Below the pieces are notes generated by a model. That model had not been told where the DNA came from. It worked only from the letters and a program-made list of their open reading frames with translations, and made no database searches. DNA of 64,000 nt, taken from the NCBI RefSeq assembly GCF_020745735.1, contig NC_083429.1, forward strand, positions 34,081,877 to 34,145,876, given 5' to 3'. This DNA is from Hemiscyllium ocellatum. Lineage: Eukaryota. The position numbers and the translations under genes were made by a program. Shown here piece after piece: positions 40,835 through 53,305 of this stretch. The stretch's first letter is position 1; every line of letters starts with the position of its first letter.

Positions 40835-42115
40835 CTTTTGAACTCTCCTTGGGTGTCTTTTGCTAATATGACAGAAGAATCATGAGTGGGCAGGGTTAAG
40901 GATTTCACAGGCCCAGAAAGGTTTTTAGTTTTGCTTTAAGTTGATTAGTGAGAAGGTTTCTGCTGCTTCTGAGCTGAATGTTTGAGTTCCAAGCTGCTAG
41001 AGTGAAGTCTTAGAGGAGAAGTTTCCTCTTAAAAGTCCAAAAGGGCATGTTGCTTTCTTCTAGACTGGAGAGAGGTTGCACATGAGATCCAGAATTGTTT
41101 TGCTAAATGCATTTTTGTCAAAGGCTGTGTTTATACAATGCTGCAGGTATTAGAACAGCTGAGGATTAGTAGTTAAATAAGATATTATCTTGATATATAT
41201 TTCAATAGAGTTAGTTATGTTAATTTTTTTAAAAATTTGTATTTTAACTATGTTGTAAGAATAAAATGTGTTTTGCTTTAAGCCTTGTAGTAGACCAATT
41301 GAATTCCATCTGAAACACTGTGCCTTCCACTTGCTTTTAAATATACAGAGGAACCTTGGTTGTCTGAAGGACACGGGTGGGGAGTATTTTGTTTGGTTAA
41401 TCAAATACCGGATAATATTGTTAGCCAAGCATCGGCACTTTGTGATCTGTTCGGATAATCTGAAACTCGGTTTATTGATTGCCAGCTAATCGATATTCCT
41501 CTGTATATAAAAGTTTGGGTCTAGCCTATCTCCTCAGTACATTTTTTTTTGTGAAGATGGGGGTATCTTGTCTGGTCCACATTAAAATTGATGATTTGTC
41601 CAGGATGGAAATCTCCCATTCCCGTTTGGGTTTAGGAATATTGTACCAGAAGTCAGTGAGCAGTGAAAGTTGGTGCTCTCTTTTCAAGTGTTGCAATCAG
41701 ATGGTGAAAATAGGATGTGGCTTGTGTAATAAAGGTTCTTTCAGTGGTTAAGAGTTCCTGGGTATGGAAGAAGTCACTTCAGTTGTTTTACAGAAGGTGA
41801 GTAAGGCAAAGGTTTTGGAATTGGCAGGCAGGCTGACATTGAAATTGCCTGTGTTCGTGAGGAAACAGGAGATAATTGTAGCAAGAGCTCATATTTCCAA
41901 TTGCCAGGAATGGAATTGCAATAATTAGAAATATCTGAAATGTAATAGCAAATGAAGCAGCTTGAATTAGCGGGAATAGCAAATGAGAAAGAAGGAGAGG
42001 CAAAACGAAAAGAGAGATAATTGCAGCAGAACAATGAGCAACATAATCAATTTAGCTTGAAAATAAAAAAGTAATGGAACAATTTGAGTTCAGATTAAAA
42101 GCAGACCATGTCACG
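40835..42115 (+). mobile_element. Array unit 7: LTR (5' part lost, MITE inserted), PBS 41589-41606, gag stub
   Basis: Homology; AATAAA at ~41260. Confidence 0.75.
41346..41503. mobile_element. 158 bp Tc1/mariner-type MITE
   Basis: TIR CAGAGGAA..TTCCTCTG, TA on both sides, empty site visible in sister LTRs. Confidence 0.85.
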
Positions 42116-44794
42116 TGACGAAGGACAAATCGTTGAGTGAAGGGGGAGAATTAAATCTGAGTGAAGGATAGTGAGATACCATGCAAAGGAAGAGAGTGAG
42201 AAGACAAGTCAAGAAGAAAATGGGTCATCGAGAGAAGATGTTGATTGAAGAGGCTGAACAAGGCCATGAGTGAATGGGGAAAGAGAGGTGGCAAGTGAAC
42301 AGGGTGAGAAAGATGCTATGAGATAGGGAAAATGAGATGGGAGAGTAAGATTCCAAGTGAAGCAGCAGAACAAAGCTTCGATCAAAGGAAAGGAAAATGC
42401 TGAATTAAGGATGAAAATGAGATGCTGACTTTGAGAGTGAATACGCCATACGAAGGAGAAGAATGAGAACTCAAGTCAAGAGGAAAGTGAGTCGCTTGTT
42501 GAATAGAGAAAGCAAGATGCTGGGTGAAGTGGAGATGTAAATATTGAGTCAAGGGCAGTGAGACAACATGCAAAGGAAGAGAGTGAGAAGACGAATGAAG
42601 AGGAAAGTGATTCGCCAAGTGTATAGAGAGAGCACGAGATGCCGAGTCAGATGGTGATTGAGATACAGAGTGAAGGAGGATAGCATCACTTTAATTGATG
42701 GAGAAGAGTGAGTCTCAGGCTGAAGGAGAAGAGCGAGGCATTATGAAAAGAAGCGCAAGATGCTGAGTGAAGAGGTAGAGCAAGGCGACAAGTCTCAGTG
42801 AAGTGTGACACCAGGAGAAAGGAGAGAGAGAGAGTAACTCTGAGTGAACACGGATGGTAAGATGCTGTGAGGAGGGATAAATGAGACACTGATTGAAGGA
42901 GAGTGAGGTGTCATGTGAAATGTGAGAGCGAGACACTGAGGAAACGAGGAGAATGAAACGGGAAGTGGAAGGGCAGGGCAAGACACTGAGAAGGAGGAAA
43001 ATGAAAGGCACAGTGAAAGGGTAAGTGAGAGACAGAAGGAAGAGGGTAAGATGTTGAGTTACAGAGGAGAGCGAGATGCCAAATGAAAGGATGAAGTTCA
43101 TTGATGATTGAAGGAGAGCGAAATATGGAGTGAAGAGGGAGAGCAAAAGACTGAGTGAAGTGGGACAGCAAGACATGACATGAAGGAGAGGAAAATGCTG
43201 AATGAAGGGGCTACGTGAGGTACTGAGTGGAGAGTCAATGACTTCCCTGTGGAGATTGCAGAGCACCTGATTTCTTGGTGTACACCTGGCGGAGAATCTC
43301 ACTTGCACCCTCAACACCAGCTCCATCGCGAAGAAAGCCCAGTAATGTCTCTACTTTTGGTGCAGGCTGAGGAAAGCCCATCTCCCACTCCCCATCCTCA
43401 CCACATTCTGCAGAGGGTTCATTCAGTGTGCGTTACTGCCTCATTCTGGAATTGCACCATTTCGGTTTGTAAGACCCCACAACGAATAGTGAGGAGAGCT
43501 TAGAAGATCATTGAGGTCTGTCTTCCCTCTATACAGAAGTTTACACCACACACTGCATCCAAAAGGCTAAGAGCATTGTGGAAGACCCCACAGACCCCTC
43601 ACTCAAACTCTTCTCCCTCCTACCATCTGGCAGAAGATACTGGAACATTCGGTCTTTCGCAGTCAGACTGTGCACCAGTTTCTTCCCCCAAGCCATTGGC
43701 CTCCTTAACACAGTAAGATCAGACCCCTTCCCATCTGAAATTCTTTACATGACTTCAGATTGCTGCTAGAAAAAAAATTTATTATTTATCATTCTTCTAT
43801 TGCACTGTAACTTGCATGTTTTCACTTCTGCACTTTATGCCATGTATTATTATGTAATTCGTACTGTCCATGTAACAGCCTTGGTCCTGCCTTGTTTTTT
43901 TACTGTATCATTTGTATATGGTAGAAATAACAAACATAAAGCTACTCTACTGTACTGTAACCAGGCGAAGGAAAGCGAGACATGAAGTGATGGAGGGAAT
44001 GAGTTGCCAAGTGAAAGCAAACACGATGTGTAGGATGCGGGTGAGAGGACGAATGAAGAGGAAACTGAGTAACCAAATGAATAGTGTGTGTGAGACGCCA
44101 TGTGAATGGGAAATTTAGATACTGAGTAAAGGAGTATAATAAGACGTTGAGTGAAGGGGAGAGTATGACATTAATGAACAAGGTGAGCAAGTTGCCATAA
44201 AAAGAGGTAAATGAGATACCGATTAAATGGGAGCCAAACACTGAGCCAAGGATTGAGTGAGTTGCTTGTTGCATAGAGAAAGCAAATGGCAAGTGAAGTG
44301 GAGATTGAAATACTGAGTCAAGGAGAGCAAGACAACATGCAAAGGAGAAGAGGAAGAAGATGAGTCAAGAGGAATGGGAGTCACCAAGTGAAGAGAGAGC
44401 TTTTTGCTGAGTGAATTGGTGATGGAAGCACAGAGTGAAGGAGGATAGCAAGACTTTGAGTGAAGGGGAAGACTGAAGGAGGAGAGAGAGGCATTAAGAA
44501 AAGAAGAGTGAGATGCTGAGTGAAGAGGTAGAGCAAGACCACAAGTGATGGACAAAATGTGACACTGAGTGAACGGAGAGAGAGTGACTCTGTGTGAACA
44601 GACAGAGCAAAATGCCATGAGATGGGAAAAATGGAGAGTGAAATGCCATGTGAAAAGGGAGACAGAGAAACTGAGGAATGGAGGAGAATGAAACAACAAG
44701 TGAAAGGGTAGGGCAACACACTGAGAGAAGGAGGAAAACTCAAGCCAAGTGAAACGGCACTGCAGGAGACTGAGAGAAGGAAGATGTGATGTTG

Positions 44795-45094
44795 ATTAGA
44801 TTTAGATTAGACTTACAGTGTGGAAACAGGCCCTTCGGCCCAACAAGTCCACACCGACCCGCCGAAGCGCAACCCACCCCTTACCTAACGCTACGGGCAA
44901 TTTAGCTTGGCCAATTCACCTGACCCGCACATCTTTGTGACTGTGGGAGGAAACCGGAGCACCCGGAGGAAACCCACGCAGACACGGGGAGAACGTGCAA
45001 ACTCCACACAGTCAGTCGCCTGAGTCGGGAATTGAACCCGGATCTACAGGCGCTGTGAGGCAGCAGTGCTAACCACTGTGCCACCGTGCCGCCC
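44795..45094 (-). mobile_element. HE1/V-SINE, young copy; older copies at 50720-50985 (-) and 55783-56050 (+)
   Basis: Intact A/B boxes, V-domain and CpGs retained. Confidence 0.9.
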
Positions 45095-46470
45095 AAGTGA
45101 CGGAGGAAAGTGTTGCCGATTGAAGGAGAGTGAAACACCAAGTGAAGAGGGAGATCGAGATATTGAATGAAGTGGGCGAGCAAGACCCGAAGTGAAGGAG
45201 ACCAAAATGCTGAATGAAGAGTTTATGTGAGATATTGAGTGATGGATACTGAGTAATCAGGTAAAGAACAGTAAGACACTGAGTGAAGGAAGGAGTGAGA
45301 GTCCAAATAAAGAAGAGCAAGGCACCGAATGATGGGTGAGAGACATGGAGTGAAGGAGGGAATGAGTTGCTGAGTGAAGAAGAATGAAGTTAAGTGTAGG
45401 ATGAGAGTGAGAAAATGAGTCAAGAGGAAAGTGAGTTGGCAAGTGAATAGAGAGCATGAGATGCCAAGTGTAGGGGATACTGAGATACTGAGTGAAGCAA
45501 TGATAGCAAGATGTTGAGTGAAGTGGATAGTATGACACTGAATGAGCAAGGAGTCCAGGATGCCATAAGAAGAGAATTGATGGAGAGCAAGACATTGAGT
45601 GAAAAGTGATAACAAGATACCAAGTGGAAAAGCAAGAGGTGAAGTGCAGGAGAGCAAAATGTTGAAAGTAAGTTACTTGAGATGCTGAGTCACGGAAATT
45701 AACAGAGTAAAGGAACATGAGATACCGAGTGAAGGAGGGAGTGAGATGCAGCGAGAAAGAGAGCAAGGTACCCAGTGAAGGAAAAGAGCAAGACACTGAG
45801 TGAAAGAGGAAGTGAGATGCCAGGTGAAGGAGTATGAGATGCATGTTGGACGAGAGTGAGAAAAAGAACCAAGAGGAAAATAAGTCGCCAATGAATAGGG
45901 AGAATAAGATACTGAGTGAAATGGAGACTGAGATACCAAGTGAAATGGAATAGCAAGACGTGACTGAAGGGGGGAGTGTGACACTGAGTGAAGAGGGAGA
46001 GTAGGATGCCATGAGAAGGAGTAAGTGAGATGCTGAATGAAGGAGAGCAACGCACCAAGTGAAAAGAGGTGAGCAAGATATTGAGAGAAAGTGGAGATTG
46101 GGGTACTGAGTGATGGGGAGACACAGACCATGTGAAGCAGGGAGTGACCTCCTGAGTGAAGGCGAATGAGTCACTGAGCGAAGGAGGGAGTGATATACCA
46201 AATAAAGGAGAGAGAGAGATACCGTATGAAGGAGGGAGTGAGGTGCCAAGTAATGGAGAGTGAGATCCCGAGTGAAGGATGGAGTGAAATAGCAAGTGAA
46301 GTGGAGTGAGATGCCATATGAATTAGGAGAGTACAGAGACAAGATAAAAGGAATTTAAGTCACCAAGTGAATAGAGAGCTTGAGATAACAAGTGAAGGGG
46401 AGATTGAAATCCCGAGTTCTCTTTGTTCTTTGTTAAGGAGAATAGCAGGATGTTGACTGAATGTGGAGAG

Positions 46471-47355
46471 TGTAACAGTACTGTGCTTTTAAATGAAATG
46501 TATTCCATCCTGTTTTGCCTGCAGAGAGGCATTGCCACAATAGTGTGTTTATAGGATGTTGCGGATATTAGAACTGCTGAGGACTCATAGTGAAATAAGA
46601 CATTATATTATGATGTATTTCAGTAGAGTTAGTTATGGCAGTTCTTCTTTTCATTTGTAAAAAAAATTGTGTTTTGCTTTAAGCTTAGTGGTGGCTCATT
46701 TGAATTCCATAAACACAGTGACTTCCACTTGCCTTTAAATAAATATAAAAGTTAGGGTCTAGTTCTGTCTCCTTACTACATTTTTTTGTGTGAAGGTGGG
46801 GGTGTCTTGTCTGGTCCACAGCAAAATTGGTGATTTGTCCAAATGGAAATCTCTGATTCCAGTTTTGGTTTAGGAATATTGGACCGAAAGATAGCGAGTA
46901 GTGAAAGTTGATTGCAACAAATGTTGCAATCAGTTGGTGAAAATGGGGTGTGCTTGGTGTAATAATGGCTCTTACAGTGGCTGTGAGTTCCTGGGTGTGG
47001 AGGAAGTCACTTAGGTTGGTTTACAGAAGGTGAATAAGACAAAAGTTTTGGATTTGGCAGGCAAGCTGATGTTGGATTGTTTGTGTTTGTGAGGAAAAGG
47101 GAGATAATTGTTGCAAAACCTCAGTATTTCCAATTGCCAGAATAGAATTGCGATTATTAGAAATGTATAAAGTTCCAATAGCAAATGACGCAGCTTGAAT
47201 TGGAGGAAATGACAAAGGAGAAAGAAAGCGAGGCAAAACCAAAAGTGAGAGAGATAATTGCAACAGAACAAAGAGCAAAAGAATGAAATCAGCTTGAAAA
47301 TGAAAATAAAATGAATCAGTTTGAGCTAAGACTAAAAGCAGAGGATATCAAGTGA
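46471..47355 (+). mobile_element. Array unit 8: internally deleted LTR 46471-46823, PBS ~46828, gag stub from ATG 46965
   Basis: TGTAAC start; roughly 330 bp internal deletion near 46545 relative to unit 6. Confidence 0.75.
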
Positions 47356-47764
47356 AGAAGAACAAATCGCCAAGTGAAGGGGCAAAGTTAGATGCTGAGC
47401 AAAGGAGAGTGAGAAGAAAGTCAAAAGGAAAGTGAGTCATCTTGAGAAGAAATTGAGAGAAGAGGTTGAGAAAGACCATGAGCAAGATACGGTGAGAAAG
47501 TGAGAATGAGATGCCAATTGAAGCAGAGAAAGATACTGAGTGAAGTAGGAGAACAAAATGTGAAGTTAAGCAGAGCAAAGTGCCAAGAGAAGGGGGAAAG
47601 TCATATGCTGAGTGAAGGAGACTGAAATGCTGAATGATGAAGACCGAGACAGCATGTGAAGGAGAGTGAGAAGATGAGTGAAGAGGAATGAGAGTCCCAT
47701 TTTAAAGAGAGAGCATGATACCAAGTGAAGCGAACTTTGAAATACCGAGTGAAGAAGGTTAGCA

Positions 47765-48260
47765 ATAGAGTCAGAGAGATGTACAGTACAGAATCAGATC
47801 CTCAGTCCAACTCGTCCATTTTAACCAGATATCCTAATCTAATCTAATCCCATTTGCCAACACTTGGCTTATATCCCTCTAAACCCTTCCTATTCGGAAA
47901 CCCATCCAGATGCCTTTTAATTGCCAATCTCTACCACTTCCTCTGGCAGCTCTTAGATGCACCACCCTCTGTATGAAAAAGTTGCACCTTAGGTTCCTTT
48001 TATATTTTGCACCTCTCACCCTAAACTTATGCCCTCTAGTTCTGGACTCATCCACCCCATGTAACAGACCTGTTTATCCTATCCATGCCTCTCATAATTT
48101 TATAAATCTCTATAAAGGTCAACCCTCAGCCTCCAACTCTCCAGGGAAAGCAGCCCCGGCCTGTTCAGCCTTTTCCTGAACCCTTGCACACAATATTCCA
48201 GAAGTTGCCTAATCAATATCCTGTACAGTCGCAATATGACCTCCCAATTCCTGTAAATAC
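47765..48260 (-). mobile_element. CR1 LINE 3' fragment
   Basis: Same family as the 62031-62640 element. Confidence 0.8.
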
Positions 48261-51084
48261 TTTGACTGAAGGCGAGAGTGAGATTCAGAGTGAAGGAGGT
48301 GGTAACGGAAAGATAAGAGTCAGACGCTTAATGAAGAGGTCTAGCAAGGCAATGAGTGAAGGACAAAATGTGATGCCAAGTGAAGGGAGAGAGATGCTGA
48401 GTGAACAGGGAGAGCAAGGTGCTGTGAGATGGGGAAATAGAGACATCAATTGAAGGAGGGTGACACTTCAAGTAAATGTGTAAGTGAAACGCTGAGTGAA
48501 AGGACAGAGCAAGACACTGCGTGAAGGAGGAGAGCAAGATGCTAAAGGAAAGGAGGGAGTGAGGTGCTGAGTGAAGGAGAGCAAAACACCAAATGAAGAG
48601 GAAGAGCAAGCTACTGAGTAAAGTGGGAGAGCAAAACATGAAGTGAAAGAAAACAAAATGAGTGAAGGTGTGAAGTGAGATCCTCAGTAAAAAGGAGCGA
48701 ATAATCCGGTGAAAGAAAGTGAGACACCAAATGAAGGAGAGAGTGACATGCTGAATGGACAGCAAGATATCAAGTGAATAAAGAGGGTGATTTATGGCAA
48801 GGAGGAAATGAGATACTGATTAAAGGGAAGCAAGACACCAAAGGAAAGGGGAAAATGGGACACCAAGAGAAGAAGATAGAGGGTGTGTGTTGCCGAGTGA
48901 AGGAGATTAACATGTCAATTAAAAGGAGTGAGTGAGACATTGAGTGAAGAGGGAGAGCAAGATAATGCAACAAGGGGTAAGAGGAGGATGCTGAGTCCAC
49001 TGTTTTCCTGTATGTTTGTTTTCATTACAGATTTCAAGCCTCTGCATTATTTTACCTTTAGAATAAAAATCAATCATGAATACATCAGTTTAGCCAACTG
49101 TTTAAATACCAAACCATTATTTGGGTATATATTCAGTTGATGTGAAAACTGAATGGTTAACATTGAAGTCAGGTTTTGAAGAGCTAGAAAATATAAGAGT
49201 TTTGTTTTAAAACTTCAGGGAGGTTTTTCAGAGCCCTTTCAACAACAGTGATTGGACTAACAAGATGATATGTTTTGGGCCAGTTTTATAGAGCCGCAGT
49301 GCATTTGTGAAGTAAATGTTAACTGATACTGGACTGTTGGTGCAGAATCATGATTAAGCTAAATTTGAGAAAAGGCTGCACATTTAAGATAAGGGAAAAG
49401 ATGAAAATAAGGATGCAGACTTGATTTTGATACTTTGGGGTGATTGGAATCTAGGTGAACTTGTTAAAACAGTAGGCCAGTTGGAATACGGAACTTGGTA
49501 TGGGAGAGAAAATTGAACAGTGGAGGTTGTAAAATGAGAGAGTATTTTCAGTTCTGTAGGTAGTGATGTTAGTTAAGGTCTCAGCACAGACAATGGAAGC
49601 ACTGGAATACACACAGTGAGTTTCAAAAATGATGGAGTATTTTTAGCAGAAAATCTAAGAGGAAAGAAGTAAACTAAGGGTTCAGAACGTTACTGAGATT
49701 GTGGTCATAGGGAAGGCTCTTCTAGTTGGAGGGATCTAAGATCTGTGGATTAGCTAATGTTAAGATGGAGTTTTTCTGCTTTTCAACAAATTGGTTAGTA
49801 AGACTTGGGAAAAATTCTCATACTTTGGAAATGTGCCCTCAAGGAATGCCACTATCCTTACATCAGGAAAGCAGGTTTTCCCCTTGGCCGACTCCATGAT
49901 CATGTCTGGAAACAGCACGGCACTTAGATAAAGGTTAAAATCAAATTGGAACATACTGTTCTTACTGCCAGTTGTTTGATGCAGAACCCTGCTCTATTAT
50001 AGGCACTGTTAAAGCTCTACATTACTTTCCCCAAAGACATCTGAGGTCCATCATGTGAATCTGATGGCAAGAAAAAAACCAAACTCAGTGAAATTTGTCA
50101 TTGCACTGAGCTCAAAAGCACAGACACCATCCTCTGGAAAATGCCATAGTCTCTTGCATAGATTACTGCTGGATCCCCAAGCAGATTACTATTGAATGTT
50201 GTCTCAGACCAAACAGCATTTAGGTGATTATCACAAATCAACCAAAGCCCCCTCAAAAAACTTGCAGACTGCTGCACTGCAGATGTCTCTTGGGAAAAGG
50301 CTATAACTGATTAGTGCATAGCTCGGTCAGGATTGAAGCACTTAAGTCAGCAGAGCTTGTATGTTGGTACTTGTGAACATTGGTTCTGCATTGTGAGTTT
50401 ACAGTCAAATTATTTGATTAACAAGATAATTATAAAACAATACATCATGGACAGAAATGGTCCATTGTACCTATGCTGGAAGAGGAGCAAGGATGGATTA
50501 CAGGTGTGTAGATTCTTAACCAAACTTACTAAAGGTGAGAAAATGTTACTAAGTATGCTTTTTATCTGTTCAGATCTAGGAATGTTTTTTTTGTTTGCCC
50601 AGGAAAATGAAAAATGTCAGTCCATGGACTGGAATATTCTGGACCTGAAATTCTGCACATTCTCTGTCAGTATAACATGATGGACATGCTTTCCTTTCTT
50701 TGACCCACCTGCATTTTATCATAGAAATCCCACAGTATGGAAGGAGGCCATTTGCTCTGAAGAACATCTCACCTGGACCCTTAACCATCTACGGTAACTC
50801 ACATTCAGCATGACCAATCCACCTAATCTGTGCATCTTTAGGACTGTAGGAGGAAACCAAGGCACTGAAGAAAACCCACACAGCGGGAGAACATGCAAAC
50901 TCTACACGGACATCCAGGGCTGCAATCAAACACAAATCCGGGTGCTGTGAGGCAGCAGTATGAACCACTGAGCAACTGTGCAGCTCACAGAGCCTATTAC
51001 ACCAATGTAGCTTTGTTCATTATTCTGTACTCAAGTTATGTTCTATTGGCTTGCCAAATTGCCAGGGCAGATTTGTGTTCGGTT

Positions 51085-51850
51085 TGTTACAACATGGTGG
51101 TGAACCCTGCTAAACCAAACACCCAGAAAAGCTTACCTTGCCTTGTAATCTGTTAAAATATGAGTACCAGAGAACTCCCAAATTCCACTACTTAAAGACA
51201 ATTTTTTTAAACTTTAAAAGTGAACATTAAACAACAACTATCCACAACTGTAAGCCCCTTTCTCCTAACTGCTTATTACCTGCCTCCAACTCTATAACAA
51301 TGTGATGTTCCAATAAGAAATTTATTAAAATTACATCAACCTAATTTGTAAACCACAAAGCTACTGTCATCTTCGGTATCTTTCTTTTTCTGGCTGAAGA
51401 TCTCCCTGGATGGTCATCTTTTTTACTACAAATATGTTTCACGTGAACAGATACCTTTGATAGAGAGTGTTTCCTAATTTATTGGGCCCCTCTCAATGAC
51501 AGTTGCCCTCTCTTAATTTTTAAAATGCATTTTATACTCCCAACATCAGGTCATCTCATTGGTTCGATGTTGGCAAAACAATAAATTAAAACTCGTTTTT
51601 TTAGTAAATTGATACCAAAGCGAGTTTTAGTATCCTGGGGCATAATTTAAACTGGTTAAATTTGGATTGTTGTCAAAACAGCAAGCAAAACTCTGGTATC
51701 CATTTCACAGCCAAATTTTACATATTTTCGATTTTCCAGTACACGCTCAGACTGCCAATTTGTCATATATATAGATGTTTGTAATCTCTCAGTTCAAAGC
51801 AGCATTCACTTTCTCTTAAAGATACAGTACACACCTTTAACTTCATAATA
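51085..51850 (-). mobile_element. Solo LTR (~766 bp), unrelated to the array LTR
   Basis: Termini TGTTAC..CATAATA, near-TSD cggtt/aggtt, minus-strand AATAAA at 51321. Confidence 0.55.
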
Positions 51851-53305
51851 AGGTTCAATATGCACACATTTCACAAGACTGTTCAGGCTCATTTTCGGTA
51901 GAATCCTTGGAATTTAGATCATAGTAGAACATACTGTGCCATTAATGTGACAGCCCATGTACAAATTATCAAGATTTGCCATGCTGTTCAGTGTTTAATG
52001 TTTGTTGCTGACTAAAGAATTTCCAGCCCCTCCAGTACACTACTGTTGAAATTTTAAAAATAAACACAAAATTCTGAAAATACAGTGAAGTCTGTCACTG
52101 TGGAGAGAGAAAAACAGTTATTATTTCAGGTTGTGACCCTTCATTCCTACTGCTGTCGGAATAACTTCAAGCAGAAGCAGGAATGGAGTTGGACTAATGT
52201 CAAAGGAAAACAAATAGGTAACAAATTAGAAGAGTAATTGGGAGGGGTGGAACGTATAGAGGAGACACTTTGAAACAGGAGAGAAATGGGGAGCAGTATT
52301 TGGGCAATAATTGAGCGATGGATCTGTTGGTGGGGAAAGGGTAGAAAGGAATGCTTGAATAATATCACTGTGATCTTTGTGGGATTGGATTGATTTTGGA
52401 TTAATCATTGGGGGATAAGGAGAAAAATGTTCAATTAGTGTCCAAGGATGTGTAGCCTAGGTGGATTAGCCATGGAAAATCTAGGTTACAGGTAAGGGGG
52501 TGGATCTTGGTGGCATGCTCTGTGGAAGGTTGGTGTGGACTCAATGAGTCAAATGAGTCAATCCACTGCAGGGATTCTGTGGTATGATTCTAATGTGTGT
52601 CAGCTTAACTAGAAATGGAAGAAGATCACCTTGAATTAGGTTGTTGAAATTGTTGAAAGCCAAGTTATTTTGCACAATTCTGAATTTGCTGCCTTTGACC
52701 TTGCATGATAATCCCATGGTGAATAAGACAAGATTAAAAACTCCTCTCAGAATTATTTTCAGAAATAAATTGGTTTGATTTTTAATTTTTTTCAAAGCTT
52801 GTAATGGAGTCATTTCTAATAAAGTTGAGGGATGTATCTTCTAAAAGACAGGAAGTTGTAATGATTGTTTAACTGTAGATTCCAAAACATTGGAAATGCA
52901 GTAACATAAAGTGCAAGAGCTCAAAAATAACTGGGATTCAAGAAATGTAACTGTTATGCAGTTGACTTAATGAGAGTAATTTGGTCAAAATTTACTCAAT
53001 ATTAAAGAGATTAGATAGGGTAGGTAGGATGAACCGATGACAAGGAATCATAAAATTAGAGCATCTCAGGTCTGAAATTTGGGAATACCTGTCTGTACAA
53101 AAAATGCAGTTGTCAATTTTTAATTTGAAGTCTGAGCTTAATAGATTTTTATTAACCACTTGTATTAAGAGGCTTTATTCGGCAATCAGTGAAGACAGAT
53201 CAGCTGCGATCTGAATAATAGTACATTTTGACTTGAAGTAACATATTCGGGCGTGCCTTAGAATGAAGAGAAGATTGCCCCGCTTTAAATTTAGAATTTG
53301 GCAGT

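Larger units (their letters stand above)
18940..48990 (+). repeat. ~30 kb purine-rich tandem array of LTR-PBS-gag-stub-GA-satellite units
   Basis: Recurrent GAGTGAAGGAGAGCAAGATGCT-like 22-24 nt monomers alternate with eight same-orientation copies of one LTR-like block. Confidence 0.88.

Noticed and set aside
21501-48765. Many long minus-strand ORFs (up to 375 aa) rich in S/L/F/H/P
   Set aside because: The pyrimidine-rich strand of the satellite is naturally poor in stop codons. The ORFs overlap in several frames, have no domain, and are not conserved between units.
21410-48990. CRISPR-like repeat-spacer array
   Set aside because: Eukaryotic DNA, degenerate monomers without unique spacers, and no cas genes.
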